Shown here: positions 38,124-48,694 of the stretch, piece by piece
Numbering within the stretch: the stretch's first letter is position 1
Layout: every line of letters begins with the position of its first letter
DNA from: an uncultured Gammaproteobacteria bacterium
GTDB lineage: Bacteria; Patescibacteriota; Microgenomatia; 2-02-FULL-39-11
Assembly (NCBI GenBank): GCA_964520615.1
Contig: CAZFNL010000120.1
Location: 1 to 62,105, forward strand
Reading direction: 5' to 3'
DNA length: 62,105 nt
Made by a program: the position numbers and the translations under genes
Notes under the pieces: model-generated
Databases searched by the model: none
Told to the model about the DNA's origin: nothing
Seen by the model: the letters and a program-made list of their open reading frames with translations, nothing else

Positions 38124-39833
38124 TTAGTCAATTTCCGATTTGCTCGTGATGATAACATCTTTAAGTTTTAATTGCAAACGCCTATTTCCATTCCAACTAT
38201 CTATGTTTATTGAAAAAGCAATATCTACCAGTTTGTGCGGATAAAGCTTCTTAAAAAACTCACCCATCCCAAAACCCACAGCCTGATGTATCCTTCCATC
38301 ATTTTGTCTCACGAACATTTTTATATGTTTCTGTTCCCTACCAACCAATGACAAACCAACAACTTCTGCATTTTTTACGGCAAATACTGGTTCAGGATTG
38401 CCCACACCAAATGGAGAAAGTGTGTTTATTTTCTCATAAAAATCCTCTGTTATCTCATTAAGAGTCAGAATAGCGTCTATTTTAAGAGTTCTTTCCAATT
38501 TTATTCCTGACAGTTTTTCCTCTACTACCGAATTTAATCTCTTTTTAAGCATATTTATATTTTTTGTCGCTACGGTAAAACCCGCCGCCATCGCATGCCC
38601 CCCAGCATCCTCAAGCAAATCCCCCGCTTCCCTTATCACTTCCACAATATTCAATCCGTTAACTGATCTGGCTGAAGCTTTTGAGTATTCCTTTCCCTCT
38701 GACACGACTATTGAAGGACGGTAATAAGTCTCTGTCAATCTACCTGCAACAAGTCCTATTATCCCCTCCTGAAACTGATTATGTGATACGAAAATCAGAT
38801 TGCTACCTTTCCCATTTTTATAAAGCATTTCATTCCTGACGATATCCATTGCCAGAATAGAAGCTTTTTCCGTAAGTATTTGCCTTTCCCTATTTGTTAA
38901 AGAAAGTTTTCTGGCTAAAGACTCTGCCCTATCTATATCTTTAGTGCATAAAAGCCTGAGTGCATCCATTGCGTGCATCAACCTACCCATGGCATTTATC
39001 CTGGGAGCAAGAATATGCCCTATCTCATATGTAGACACATCCCCGTTTTCAAGACCCGATTGTTTTATAAGAGACCTCAAGCCTACACGGCGCGTATTTT
39101 TAATCTCATCTATACCATATTTCACTATTACCCTGTTTGCGCCCAAAAGCGGAACAAGATCAGCAACTGTGGCTATTGCTGCCAAATCAAGGTTACTTTT
39201 ATCCGTCTGACCAGATTTACTCAAGTCATTCTTTCTGAAATACCGATGTTTTGAAAGGAAACTGGAAAAAAAGTAAGCAAGTCCGCCAGAAGCAAGAAAA
39301 GTCGTATGTATTAATGCTACCGAACCCGGCAATTTTTGGGGGAGTATATGATGATCCAGTATAATCGTGTCTATACCTTTTTCCTTGGCATAGGCAACCT
39401 CTTTTACCGCCGTAACCCCATGATCGACTGTCACAATAAGTTTTGTGCCAAATTGCTCTATAATTTTGTCAATCCCTTTTCTTGACAAACCATAACCTTC
39501 ATTCACCCTATGCGGAACATATGGCATTACATTGACTCCCAATTTATAAAGCGTTTCCCAAACTATTGCCCCTCCACATACACCGTCAGCGTCATAATCC
39601 GTATAAACGGTAACCGACTCCTTTCTTTTAATCGCTATTTTTATCCGTTTTGCAGCATTCTCCAATTCTTTGGTTTTAAGATGAGCGCTTGCTAAAGTCA
39701 GATCGGAAAGTTTTGGGTGAAGAAATTCTTTTTTTTCTTTCTCACTGGAAATATTTCTATTTCCGAGAAGAATTCCCAGAATGTCTTTTTTATTATCGGA
39801 TGCTGATTTTTCAAGTATTATCCACTTCTTCAT
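38124..39833 (-). CDS. recJ: ssDNA exonuclease RecJ
   Basis: DYDADG, VDHG, DHH, GGHAMAAG. Confidence 0.95.
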   Translation of the reverse strand: MKKWIILEKSASDNKKDILGILLGNRNISSEKEKKEFLHPKLSDLTLASAHLKTKELENAAKRIKIAIKRKESVTVYTDYDADGVCGGAIVWETLYKLGVNVMPYVPHRVNEGYGLSRKGIDKIIEQFGTKLIVTVDHGVTAVKEVAYAKEKGIDTIILDHHILPQKLPGSVALIHTTFLASGGLAYFFSSFLSKHRYFRKNDLSKSGQTDKSNLDLAAIATVADLVPLLGANRVIVKYGIDEIKNTRRVGLRSLIKQSGLENGDVSTYEIGHILAPRINAMGRLMHAMDALRLLCTKDIDRAESLARKLSLTNRERQILTEKASILAMDIVRNEMLYKNGKGSNLIFVSHNQFQEGIIGLVAGRLTETYYRPSIVVSEGKEYSKASARSVNGLNIVEVIREAGDLLEDAGGHAMAAGFTVATKNINMLKKRLNSVVEEKLSGIKLERTLKIDAILTLNEITEDFYEKINTLSPFGVGNPEPVFAVKNAEVVGLSLVGREQKHIKMFVRQNDGRIHQAVGFGMGEFFKKLYPHKLVDIAFSINIDSWNGNRRLQLKLKDVIITSKSEID

Positions 39834-39967
39834 AAATTCATGATGGGATATAATAAGATTAGAATTTTGTTCCTTTGATTTTCATCCATTTTTCTAAACT
39901 GGTACAAGAGTTAAAATTTATGAGATAAGATTTTAGAGCTGGAACAATATGCCAAAATAATATTACT

Positions 39968-41344
39968 ATGAAGATTGCACTTCCGAAAGAGGTAAATACT
40001 ACACTATTGATACTCAAAAAAGCAGGATTTCAGGCATATGCCGTAGGCGGTTGTGTAAGAGACATTATCCTTTCAAAACCCACAAAAGACTGGGATTTCA
40101 CCACTGACGCTACTCCGGAAGAAATTATAAAACTGTTTCCTGACAGTTTCTATGATAATAAATTTGGCACTGTCGGCGTTGAGATAAAAACATCAAATGG
40201 CAAGAAATTAGATTCACCTGATATATATGAAATAACTACATTTAGAAGTGAAATGGGTTATTCTGACCATCGTCATCCTGACAAAATCATCTGGGGTAAA
40301 ACTCTTGAGGAAGATCTGGAAAGAAGAGATTTTACTATAAACGCGATGGCCACAAACGGGAAAAAGATTATTGATCTTTATGACGGACAGAAAGACATCT
40401 CACAAAAACTCATCAAAGCTGTAGGAGATGCAAATCTACGCTTCAAAGAAGACGCGCTACGCATGATGCGGGCTATCCGCATCGCTACAGAACTCCAATT
40501 TCTTATTGAAGAAAAAACATTTATGGCTATTAAAAAGAACGCATCGCTACTTGCCAAAATCTCAACCGAAAGAGTAAGAGATGAGTTACTAAAAGTTCTT
40601 GCTTCCAACTTCCCAGCAGACGGTATAATGCTTTTGAAAAATGCAGGTCTTCTGTCTTTTATATTGCCTGAACTAGAAAAATGTTTTGGTGTGGAACAAA
40701 AAAGCCCCAAACGCCACCACGTTTTTGATGTGGGTACACATCTTCTTATGTCACTGAAAAACTGCCCGTCCTCAAATCCTATCGTCAGACTGGCAACACT
40801 CCTACATGATATCGGCAAACCTGCTACTTTTAACAAAACTTTTGAAGGAGTAATCACTTTTTATAACCACGAGATCATCGGCGCTTCAATAGTCAGAAAT
40901 ATCGCCCAACGTCTACATTTGTCAAAAAAAGATTCGAATTTGCTTTTGACTCTTGTCCGTTATCATCAGTTTACTGTAGATGAGAGACAAACCGATACTG
41001 CAGTCAGGCGCTTTATAAGAAATGTCACGCCTGAATACTTGAATCATATGCTTCATCTTCGTACCGGCGACAGACTTGGAGGCGGCGCTAGGGAAACTTC
41101 GTGGAGACTTGAGCTATTCAAAAAAAGGTTACTAGAGGTACAAACACAGCCTTTTACCGCGGCTGATCTGAAAATAGACGGCTACGACGTAATGAAAATT
41201 TTTGCTTCACGGCCAGGCCCATTGGTAGGAAAAGCGCTGGACATGCTCTTTAACGACGTTGTTGAAGGGAAACTGCCAAACGAAAGAGAAATTCTTCTCA
41301 CAAGACTGAAAGAACTAAAAAATAAAAAAATACTGTCTAATTAA
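39968..41344 (+). CDS. cca: CCA-adding enzyme/poly(A) polymerase family with HD domain
   Basis: VGGCVRD, DWDF, RRDFTINA, EDALR, LLHDIGK. Confidence 0.88.
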   Translation: MKIALPKEVNTTLLILKKAGFQAYAVGGCVRDIILSKPTKDWDFTTDATPEEIIKLFPDSFYDNKFGTVGVEIKTSNGKKLDSPDIYEITTFRSEMGYSDHRHPDKIIWGKTLEEDLERRDFTINAMATNGKKIIDLYDGQKDISQKLIKAVGDANLRFKEDALRMMRAIRIATELQFLIEEKTFMAIKKNASLLAKISTERVRDELLKVLASNFPADGIMLLKNAGLLSFILPELEKCFGVEQKSPKRHHVFDVGTHLLMSLKNCPSSNPIVRLATLLHDIGKPATFNKTFEGVITFYNHEIIGASIVRNIAQRLHLSKKDSNLLLTLVRYHQFTVDERQTDTAVRRFIRNVTPEYLNHMLHLRTGDRLGGGARETSWRLELFKKRLLEVQTQPFTAADLKIDGYDVMKIFASRPGPLVGKALDMLFNDVVEGKLPNEREILLTRLKELKNKKILSN

Positions 41345-41345
41345 T

Positions 41346-42269
41346 TTATTTTTTCCTATTTTGTCCCCATTCCTCCCATAACACAAGAAGAGGAGAAGCG
41401 TTGAAAATGGAGGAATAAGTTCCTGAGGCAATTCCAATAAGAAGCGCTACTATAAACCATCTTATTGTTTCTCCCCCGAAAAGAAGGAGGGCAAAAAGAG
41501 TAAAAAGTACAGTCAGTGATGTGGAGAGAGATCTTGCTAATGTCTGAACTATCGACTCATTAGTAACATCGGCAAAAGAAAGATTAGGCATTTTATGCAG
41601 GTTTTCCCTAATTCTGTCAAAAACCACGATAGTATCGTGTACCGAAAATCCCATTACGGTTAAAAGCGCGGTAATAAAAAGACTATCCACCTCCACGTTG
41701 AAAAAATGACCCATTATGGAAAAAATTCCAACAACCACCAACACGTCATGAACTAAAGCAATAACAGCGCAAATACCGAATTTCCATGAAGAGTATGGTT
41801 TGTGAATTTTTCTGAAAGCAAAGGCGATAAAAATAATTATTGCAAGCGAAGCAATAAGAACTGATTTAACCGCATTCAAAGTAGTCTCAGCACCAATTGT
41901 TGGCCCGACTGTCTGCAAGCTCAAGACGGAAATTTGTCCAAGTTTTATATTCATATCAGACTCTAATTTTTGTGTCTGATTTTTATCTATTGGCTTCATT
42001 CTTAAAAGATAAGTCTTTGTATTTGTTACCTGTACTGAAGCAAGTTCAATCTTGTCTGATTTGGCAACTTCCTCAATGTCTTTTATCAATATTGGATCGT
42101 TTGTGTTTTTTGGCGGGTTTTCAACCCGTACTTCCATCGTTGTCCCTCCGGTAAAATCTATAGCCGGTCTTATACCCCACAATGCCAAAGAGATTATTCC
42201 TGGAACGATAACCAATCCGGAAAGGATGAAATACAATATTTTTTTGCCTATTATGTCTGGCGATTTCAT
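41346..42269 (-). CDS. secF: Protein translocase subunit SecF
   Basis: IDFTGG, VGPTIG, GFSVHDTIVVFDRIRE. Confidence 0.96.
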   Translation of the reverse strand: MKSPDIIGKKILYFILSGLVIVPGIISLALWGIRPAIDFTGGTTMEVRVENPPKNTNDPILIKDIEEVAKSDKIELASVQVTNTKTYLLRMKPIDKNQTQKLESDMNIKLGQISVLSLQTVGPTIGAETTLNAVKSVLIASLAIIIFIAFAFRKIHKPYSSWKFGICAVIALVHDVLVVVGIFSIMGHFFNVEVDSLFITALLTVMGFSVHDTIVVFDRIRENLHKMPNLSFADVTNESIVQTLARSLSTSLTVLFTLFALLLFGGETIRWFIVALLIGIASGTYSSIFNASPLLVLWEEWGQNRKK

Positions 42270-42294
42270 ATTGACACGTAAACTAATTTAACTT

Positions 42295-43632
42295 TTAAGA
42301 ATGTCGGTAAAGCATTCTCAAAAAAGTCCTAGTCACTGTAATTGCGGAAAATAAGGATACAATTATTCCTATTGCCAATGTGATAGCAAAACCCCTTATT
42401 ATTCCCGTACCAAACCAGTAAAGTATACCGCAAGTGATTAGTGATGAAATGTTGGAATCGCGAATCGAAGGGAAAGCTCTGTCAAAACCGAGTCTTATGG
42501 CGGTCATATGATCTTTACCCCACCTTAATTCTTCTTTCATCCTCTCAAATATAAGTATATTGGCATCCACAGCCATTCCTATAGACAGTATAAAACCGGC
42601 AATTCCAGCTAGCGTTAACGTCACCGGAATAAGCTTAAAGATGGCAAAAACAATAAGAGAATAGATAATCAATGCAATATCAGCCAAAAGACCCAATATA
42701 CCATAATTGAAAAGCATAAAAAGGGCAACCAATGTCAATCCGACCGCACCAGCTATCATGCTTTTTTCGATTGATTGAAATCCCAAAGTAGCGCCTATAT
42801 TCCTTTCCTCAATTACTTTGAGAGGAACGGGTAACGCTCCAGCATTCAAATCTATTGACAGCCTTTTTGCTTCATCCATGGTAAAAGATCCCTGTATTAC
42901 AGCATTTCCTCCCGATATAGGCTCGTTTACACGTGGAGCTGTTATTAACTGATTATCCAAAAATATAGCGATAGTCTTGCCCACATTTTCTTTTGTAATC
43001 TTTTCAAAAAGGTCAGCCCCGGCAGAGTTGAATACTAACGATACCTCAGGTTTACCGGTATTTGGATCGAAAGTGACCGATGAGCTTTTTAGGTCTTTGC
43101 CGGTCAATCCTGTCGGCTTGGTCCATATGTCTGCAATAGTAGACGATGTAGTGGCAGTCTTAGCAGACTGGGTCCCTTCGGCGTAAAATGTCAGCTGTGC
43201 AGTCTTTCCAATGAGATCAATTGCGCTTGACACATCCGACACCCCAGGTATTTCCACAATTAATCTGTATGATTGACCCACTTTTGACTGTTGGATTACC
43301 GGTTCCGTAAGACCGTAAAGATTTATTCTTCTTTCTACTACATCCTTTGCAGCGTTGAAGGCATTATCTTTGTCTGCAGAAGCGATCTTACTCATATCCG
43401 CCTCAAGCGTAAGATGAGTACCACCTGACAAATCAAGACCATAGTGTCCTGCCAAATTTTTCGTGACTGATATCGGACCAAGTTGAAAATTGATATCCGG
43501 ACCATGTATTGTCCTATTGATTTTTATCGGACCTGAAGAAAACTTCAATCTATAACTTCTCGGCAAGTCAATAACTACCGATACAACAGTCAAAAAAGCA
43601 ATAAACCACAGAAGTAATCTTATATGTTTCAT
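42295..43632 (-). CDS. secD: Protein translocase subunit SecD
   Basis: GLDLSGG, IGMAVDANILIFERMKEE. Confidence 0.96.
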   Translation of the reverse strand: MKHIRLLLWFIAFLTVVSVVIDLPRSYRLKFSSGPIKINRTIHGPDINFQLGPISVTKNLAGHYGLDLSGGTHLTLEADMSKIASADKDNAFNAAKDVVERRINLYGLTEPVIQQSKVGQSYRLIVEIPGVSDVSSAIDLIGKTAQLTFYAEGTQSAKTATTSSTIADIWTKPTGLTGKDLKSSSVTFDPNTGKPEVSLVFNSAGADLFEKITKENVGKTIAIFLDNQLITAPRVNEPISGGNAVIQGSFTMDEAKRLSIDLNAGALPVPLKVIEERNIGATLGFQSIEKSMIAGAVGLTLVALFMLFNYGILGLLADIALIIYSLIVFAIFKLIPVTLTLAGIAGFILSIGMAVDANILIFERMKEELRWGKDHMTAIRLGFDRAFPSIRDSNISSLITCGILYWFGTGIIRGFAITLAIGIIVSLFSAITVTRTFLRMLYRHS

Positions 43633-43633
43633 T

Positions 43634-43834
43634 TTATTTTTTTAGTTTGGGTTTATTCCCTGAAGGAAGACGCAGCTGTACGGCACCGGAGAAATGAAGA
43701 TTTATCACTCCCCTATCAATCATTGTCTTTACCAGTACACTGTCACCTGATCTTATCCCAAGTGAATGGATAAAATTTGCTGGAATGATTACTGCCAGAC
43801 TCGATCTGCCTACCCTAATAATCTTTTGCCTCAT
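43634..43834 (-). CDS. AbrB/MazE-like DNA-binding protein
   Basis: KIIRVGRSSLAVIIPA..LGIRSGD. Confidence 0.75.
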   Translation of the reverse strand: MRQKIIRVGRSSLAVIIPANFIHSLGIRSGDSVLVKTMIDRGVINLHFSGAVQLRLPSGNKPKLKK

Positions 43835-43868
43835 TTTAACAGATTTTTATGCTTAACTTATAAAACAA

Positions 43869-44444
43869 CTATGAAACCAGCTCTTCTTCATCCCCAATAA
43901 GCATAATTCTTGAACCCTTTAGGATTTCAAGAACAAACGGATCCCTCCTTTTTTTCCTGAAATCAAATTCTTCCTCACTCATCACGGTATAATTTATTTC
44001 CCTTTCCCTCCTCACTTCCTCTTGTCTGACTATTTGAGACAATTCAGGCAGCACTACCTTACCAACAACAAGAAGATCTACAGTATTTGCCGCCCTTTGC
44101 ATTCCACGTGCATATCTTCCTGAAATCATGGCATACTTTACTTTCCCGAGTTTTACTTTATTTTTCAGCATATCTCCACCGAGGCCTGAGTTTTTTATGA
44201 CTAGATTGAGAATATCAAAGTAGAGTGGGTAGTCTTTGCGAAGATTATAAAAAAGCCGATTTGCCCGTCTTTCTTTGGATAAAAGCCCAGCTTTCTCCAG
44301 ATGGGACAACTCACGTCTGACTGCATTTATTTCCTCACTTGTCCTTCTGACTATTTCTCTGACGTGATAAATATTTCCCAAATTTAGAAAAAATAGTTCA
44401 AGTACCTTTACCCGTACCCGGGAAACTATAAGGTCTGACAACAT
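43869..44444 (-). CDS. Winged-HTH fused to degenerate minimal nucleotidyltransferase-like domain
   Basis: HVREIVRR..NAVRRELSHLEKAG; GRYARG..TVDLLVVG; AAAGGAG RBS before ATG at 44444. Confidence 0.7.
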   Translation of the reverse strand: MLSDLIVSRVRVKVLELFFLNLGNIYHVREIVRRTSEEINAVRRELSHLEKAGLLSKERRANRLFYNLRKDYPLYFDILNLVIKNSGLGGDMLKNKVKLGKVKYAMISGRYARGMQRAANTVDLLVVGKVVLPELSQIVRQEEVRREREINYTVMSEEEFDFRKKRRDPFVLEILKGSRIMLIGDEEELVS

Positions 44445-44566
44445 ATATTTTTCTCCTTTCTTTATAGTTGATCCGCCGGGCATCAAGACTTTGAAAACTT
44501 GATTTCCCCGAGATCCGTCATAAGACGTGACGACGGGGCAGGTTAACCGCAATTGGTCAAAAGTAT

Positions 44567-45745
44567 CTAATATGTTACCTGCTGTTCACTTGGCAATATT
44601 TCTATCCAAATTGGACCTCTAGTGAAACTTACTTGTTTTCCGTTTGGCCCGTAAAACATTGTCCTTGAAACCCTGGACTTCTTAGACCATGTACCTACCA
44701 CCACTTTCCCATCCTGGAAAATTAGGGCTTTACCGCTTCCGATTGTTGTATACAATAGATGACCATGCTCATCAACCGGACCGGTAAGTTTAGTCAGTTG
44801 AACCACTACATTTTTTGCTGTCAGTTGCTGTTTATTTTCCAAATCAATATGTGGCACTCCTCCGTTAAACCTCTTATAGCTGTTTGTCGCTTTATCGTAT
44901 TGCCACATTACATCATATTTGTCATAACCTGGCGCAAAAACCAATTTCACTTTTGTCACCGTACCAAGATCTGCGGCGGAAGGATCATCCTTAAATGACC
45001 ACTCCGTAAAATTTTTATCCCAGGATACACCGTTTTCATCCACATTTGTCCATCCTCGGTTTGAAGCTATCTTATATAGATTTTCGGAAAAACAGACCAT
45101 CGTATGCTCTGTTGCAACAGGATGATCAAGCCTATCCGGATTTCTATAACAATCCGGAAACCCTATGCCAAACTGGTCCATATCTTTTATGCCGTATTGG
45201 CGGATCTGACAAAGAGCCTTGGCGCGCGTATCTACAGTATTATCATCACACATCCCCGCTCCGCCAACATGATTGTATAAAGCATCATATTCTGACACCC
45301 AATCGACAAAATAGGTTCTAGCTGATCTGACAGGAGCAACTGTAATATTTTCCATCGGAGTATTACAGTAAAAAACAGCCATAAATCTAGTAATCCATCC
45401 TTCTGCTAATGCCTCATATACTATGTCTGCTCTGGAGATACCCGATTGTGGTCTTGCCTCCTCTGAATTTTCGATCATAACAGCAAGCGGACGCCTTGTA
45501 TCCCAAATATCTTTTTCCTGCTTGGTATACATTTCTCCATCCAACGGACAAACCTGATCTCTTGGGACTGAAGGGTCGACTTTATATTTGGGTTTTACCC
45601 CAGGAGAAACACCAACTGGAGAAGTCACTACTTGAGCCGAAGAGTTTCCTTTTGCAAAAAAGCTAAAACCTGCAAATGACAAACCGGTAACAATAAAATA
45701 AAGCCCGAGCCCTGAAAGAATATAAACTAATTTCTGCTTAGTCAT
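44567..45745 (-). CDS. DUF3048-like membrane-anchored protein
   Basis: RPLAVMIEN, ARPQSG, EGWITRF, PVRSAR. Confidence 0.8.
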   Translation of the reverse strand: MTKQKLVYILSGLGLYFIVTGLSFAGFSFFAKGNSSAQVVTSPVGVSPGVKPKYKVDPSVPRDQVCPLDGEMYTKQEKDIWDTRRPLAVMIENSEEARPQSGISRADIVYEALAEGWITRFMAVFYCNTPMENITVAPVRSARTYFVDWVSEYDALYNHVGGAGMCDDNTVDTRAKALCQIRQYGIKDMDQFGIGFPDCYRNPDRLDHPVATEHTMVCFSENLYKIASNRGWTNVDENGVSWDKNFTEWSFKDDPSAADLGTVTKVKLVFAPGYDKYDVMWQYDKATNSYKRFNGGVPHIDLENKQQLTAKNVVVQLTKLTGPVDEHGHLLYTTIGSGKALIFQDGKVVVGTWSKKSRVSRTMFYGPNGKQVSFTRGPIWIEILPSEQQVTY

Positions 45746-45949
45746 AAAATAAAATACAAAATAATTACAATCCTACATTTTTCCGGCGATTACGTCAACT
45801 AATTAATCCTATTATTAGAGATATATCTCCCAAGCGTGCTGATTCTGAACAAACATCTGAATGGAATAATCTCTTCTAGTACTCCATTTCGCTGATTTTC
45901 AATCGTTTCTCAAAGCCGGTCCGGATAGCAAAATTAACTAAACGAACTA

Positions 45950-46546
45950 CTAATCCGAACCTATCTTCCTTATCGTAACACGGCTGCTTCTCAAATAACC
46001 TGTTTGTGAACCAGTTTGACCATTTTGTCTTATTGTCGTCTTTTCTTTTCTTTCCTTTGATAGATTTGATAGATTTCCAGCAACGACAATAACTTTTTTT
46101 TCCTCCTCTGACAATTGAAAATCTACGCCCTTCCCTTCCTTGACACTTTTCACATACCAACGGGTTGCACCTCTATTATGAAGAGATGTCAAGACAATAC
46201 CGGTATCACAACTATCAAGGACAGCCAAGACAAAACTCTGTTCTCCCCCAACATCAGAAAAAGGATTAAACCGAAGAATACCCACTTTCTGTATATGATA
46301 TTTATTTTCATTTATGACTTTATCCAGTTCCTTTCGCAAAAGTTCAAGTTCATTACTGTTATCTTTTAACTTATCAACAATACCATCCAAAATATCACCC
46401 GATTGTTCCTTACCAGTCAGTCTTGTCAGCTTGCCATAGTGAGCCAATGATTTATAAAGATAAAAACTCAATACGCCTAACCATATAAGGATAATAGCTA
46501 AAATTATGAGAGTAATATTTTCAACCACTTTTATGTTTCCAACCAA
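45950..46546 (-). CDS. DUF4446-like protein
   Basis: KVGILRFNPFSDVGGEQSF, GIVLTSLH, LSEEE; C-terminus looks extended. Confidence 0.75.
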   Translation of the reverse strand: MVGNIKVVENITLIILAIILIWLGVLSFYLYKSLAHYGKLTRLTGKEQSGDILDGIVDKLKDNSNELELLRKELDKVINENKYHIQKVGILRFNPFSDVGGEQSFVLAVLDSCDTGIVLTSLHNRGATRWYVKSVKEGKGVDFQLSEEEKKVIVVAGNLSNLSKERKEKTTIRQNGQTGSQTGYLRSSRVTIRKIGSD

Positions 46547-46646
46547 AAATTAATCGGAATTTTAACAACTATTTTCCGAATGAGTAAACGAAGTATTCAG
46601 ATTGTACTTACTTTACAACTCTATGTCAATATGATATCTTGGCCCC

Positions 46647-47033
46647 ATGCCTAAGAAAACAAAAAAGCAGAAACTCTTAGCCGAACTCCACCGAAAAATA
46701 ACAGTTCACGATATTCATTCTGTAACTCAATCTCAATCGCATATTTCCAAAGAAAATAATGAAGCGCGTTTTCCCCACCGTAATAGCAGCAGTATCTCTG
46801 TCAGTCTTACTGACACTTCTGTCAAGAGCCAATTAACAACTGACAAAGCAAGATATTCCATACAGGACAGCTTTAATGGTATATCAAATATTCAGACTAT
46901 CCTAAAGCCCAAATCGTCCTCATTAATGACTGATTATTCTTATGTCAGGCACGACTTGATAAAAATTACTATATTCACCGTGTTTGCATTCCTGCTTCAA
47001 GGTGTGCTATATTTTCTGCTACATAGGGCTTAA
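46647..47033 (+). CDS. Hypothetical protein with C-terminal TM
   Basis: MPKKTKKQK..., YSYVRHDLIKI. Confidence 0.65.
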   Translation: MPKKTKKQKLLAELHRKITVHDIHSVTQSQSHISKENNEARFPHRNSSSISVSLTDTSVKSQLTTDKARYSIQDSFNGISNIQTILKPKSSSLMTDYSYVRHDLIKITIFTVFAFLLQGVLYFLLHRA

Positions 47034-47115
47034 AACAATAAATCAGTTTTCAGTCAGAAAAAATTTTTTTATAGCATTGATTTAGATTTGACATAATGAA
47101 GGGAGGTGAATATTA

Positions 47116-47256
47116 ATGGCACAGATGTATTGTGTAAAATGCCGCGCAAAAAGAGACGATCCAAACGCTACCAAAGTTACCATGAAAAACGGCAAACCGG
47201 CTATGAAAGGTAAATGCCCAGTCTGCGGTACTGGCATGTACAAGATTGGCGGCTGA
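47116..47256 (+). CDS. Small zinc-ribbon protein (DUF5679-like), not in the ORF track
   Basis: MAQMYCVKCRAKR...KGKCPVCGTGMYKIGG*; GGAGG RBS. Confidence 0.85.
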   Translation: MAQMYCVKCRAKRDDPNATKVTMKNGKPAMKGKCPVCGTGMYKIGG

Positions 47257-47425
47257 AATAGGTAATTTGGTAAATTTAATGTTTTACCTTCCCGTACTCA
47301 AATGAATATTTCTAATTCATATGAAAGTTGGATTGTGGAAGTGGGTATTAGAATAAAGTATGGAAGCGGATTATAGTTTGGGTACAACATTAAACTTATT
47401 TGAAATTTTCAAATCGGTAATTACC

Positions 47426-47453
47426 AAAAACCCCTCTTTTTAGAGGGGTTTTT
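47426..47453. terminator. Bidirectional intrinsic terminator
   Basis: AAAAACCCCTCT-tttt-AGAGGGGTTTTT between convergent genes. Confidence 0.85.
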
Positions 47454-47484
47454 ATTGACAGAAATAATTCAAAATTCCTTTTTA

Positions 47485-47796
47485 TTAACCCGTCAATTCT
47501 TCTCCAAGCCATTTATCTATCGCTTTAGTCGTATTGGTCTTATCAAAAATAATGATTTCCGGAGTATTATATGAATGAATCCTTTGAATATGAGAAACGA
47601 CCCTGTCGACAAGATTTGATCTCGTCTTTATTATAATTAACGCTTCTTTCTGCTCTTCAATTTTCCCTTTCCACCGGTATACAGAAAAAATTGAAGGAAT
47701 TATATTCACACACGCTGACAACTTCGCTTCAATTATTGATCGCGCGATTAGCTTTGCTTCAGAAGAATCTTTACAGGGAACATATATAATCTTCAT
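47485..47796 (-). CDS. cutA: Divalent cation tolerance protein CutA
   Basis: LSACVNI, YRWKG, HSYNTPEI. Confidence 0.92.
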   Translation of the reverse strand: MKIIYVPCKDSSEAKLIARSIIEAKLSACVNIIPSIFSVYRWKGKIEEQKEALIIIKTRSNLVDRVVSHIQRIHSYNTPEIIIFDKTNTTKAIDKWLGEELTG

Positions 47797-48467
47797 TTCT
47801 TTATGGAGACAATCTTATTAACCACGTTAAAGGGGCCAAAATCAGTGCGAGTCACGGCAAACCCGTATTTTTCGAAATAACCCTTATTATCTCTCTCAAT
47901 TCTGAGCGTAGTCTGGCTACCAATGAACTTAAACAATAATTTGGCGATAATATTTCTGTCCTGAGGTATACCTCCAGCAATAACAATCACTTTCCCGCCT
48001 TTTTTCAATACTCTTTTCATCTCGATTATAGCTTTATCTAGATTTACAATCTCAGCTAAAACAAACGTCATCACAATACAATCAAATGTTTCATTCTTAA
48101 AAGGCAGGCGGTATACTGACTGTTGTAAAATATCAATATCCAAACCCGCTTTTTTTACCTTTCTCCTTGCCTCATAGGCCATACCTTTTCGAAGTTCCAA
48201 ACCAGTTACTCGATACCCTTTCTGCACCATCTTCAAAAGCAGATGCCCCGGGCCAACACCGATCTCCAGTATTTTTCTACCTACTAAATCATCAAATACC
48301 CTATTCTGCCATTTTTCCCATTGACCAATGGAAAACAGTTGGGTAATTCCGTCATAAATTCGGGGCCACGCATTATACGCGCGATAAAGGTAATCAAAAA
48401 GATGTAAGTGGGTTAGTCGCATAAAGCGGCTTTTATAAATTATAACAAATGTTGACACTAAAATCAA
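47793..48467 (-). CDS. Class I SAM-dependent methyltransferase
   Basis: ILEIGVGPG, LPFKNETFD, RVLKKGG; start may be 48422. Confidence 0.85.
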   Translation of the reverse strand: MILVSTFVIIYKSRFMRLTHLHLFDYLYRAYNAWPRIYDGITQLFSIGQWEKWQNRVFDDLVGRKILEIGVGPGHLLLKMVQKGYRVTGLELRKGMAYEARRKVKKAGLDIDILQQSVYRLPFKNETFDCIVMTFVLAEIVNLDKAIIEMKRVLKKGGKVIVIAGGIPQDRNIIAKLLFKFIGSQTTLRIERDNKGYFEKYGFAVTRTDFGPFNVVNKIVSIKK

Positions 48468-48491
48468 AATGTCGTATATTAAACTATTCTT

Positions 48492-48545
48492 ATGCGAAAT
48501 CTAACTCTTTCAAGCCTTAATCTCCTCCTTGGAGAAGATTTCTAA
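48492..48545 (+). CDS. leuL: leu attenuator leader peptide MRNLTLSSLNLLLGEDF
   Basis: 6 Leu codons including CTC-CTC-CTT; upstream of terminator and leuA. Confidence 0.8.
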   Translation: MRNLTLSSLNLLLGEDF

Positions 48546-48593
48546 TGGTTTGAGAGGATACAGAGAATAAATCAATAAGCAAATAAGAAAATG

Positions 48594-48624
48594 AATCTCT
48601 CTTAAGCCAAGAGAGATTTTTTTT
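48594..48624 (+). terminator. leu attenuator terminator
   Basis: AATCTCTCTT-aagcc-AAGAGAGATT followed by T-tract. Confidence 0.85.
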
Positions 48625-48694
48625 ATGATAAATATTCAATGTAAAGGATTTGAAAAATTCGGTATCAAGGCTGCAAAAATAAAACAATGATTTT

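Noticed and set aside
45876-46110. Extended DUF4446 tail (LSEEEKKVI vs LSKERKEKTTI) and overlapping 94-aa ORF
   Set aside because: Purine-rich low complexity, offset about 51, no clean codon alignment; a gene remnant cannot be supported.
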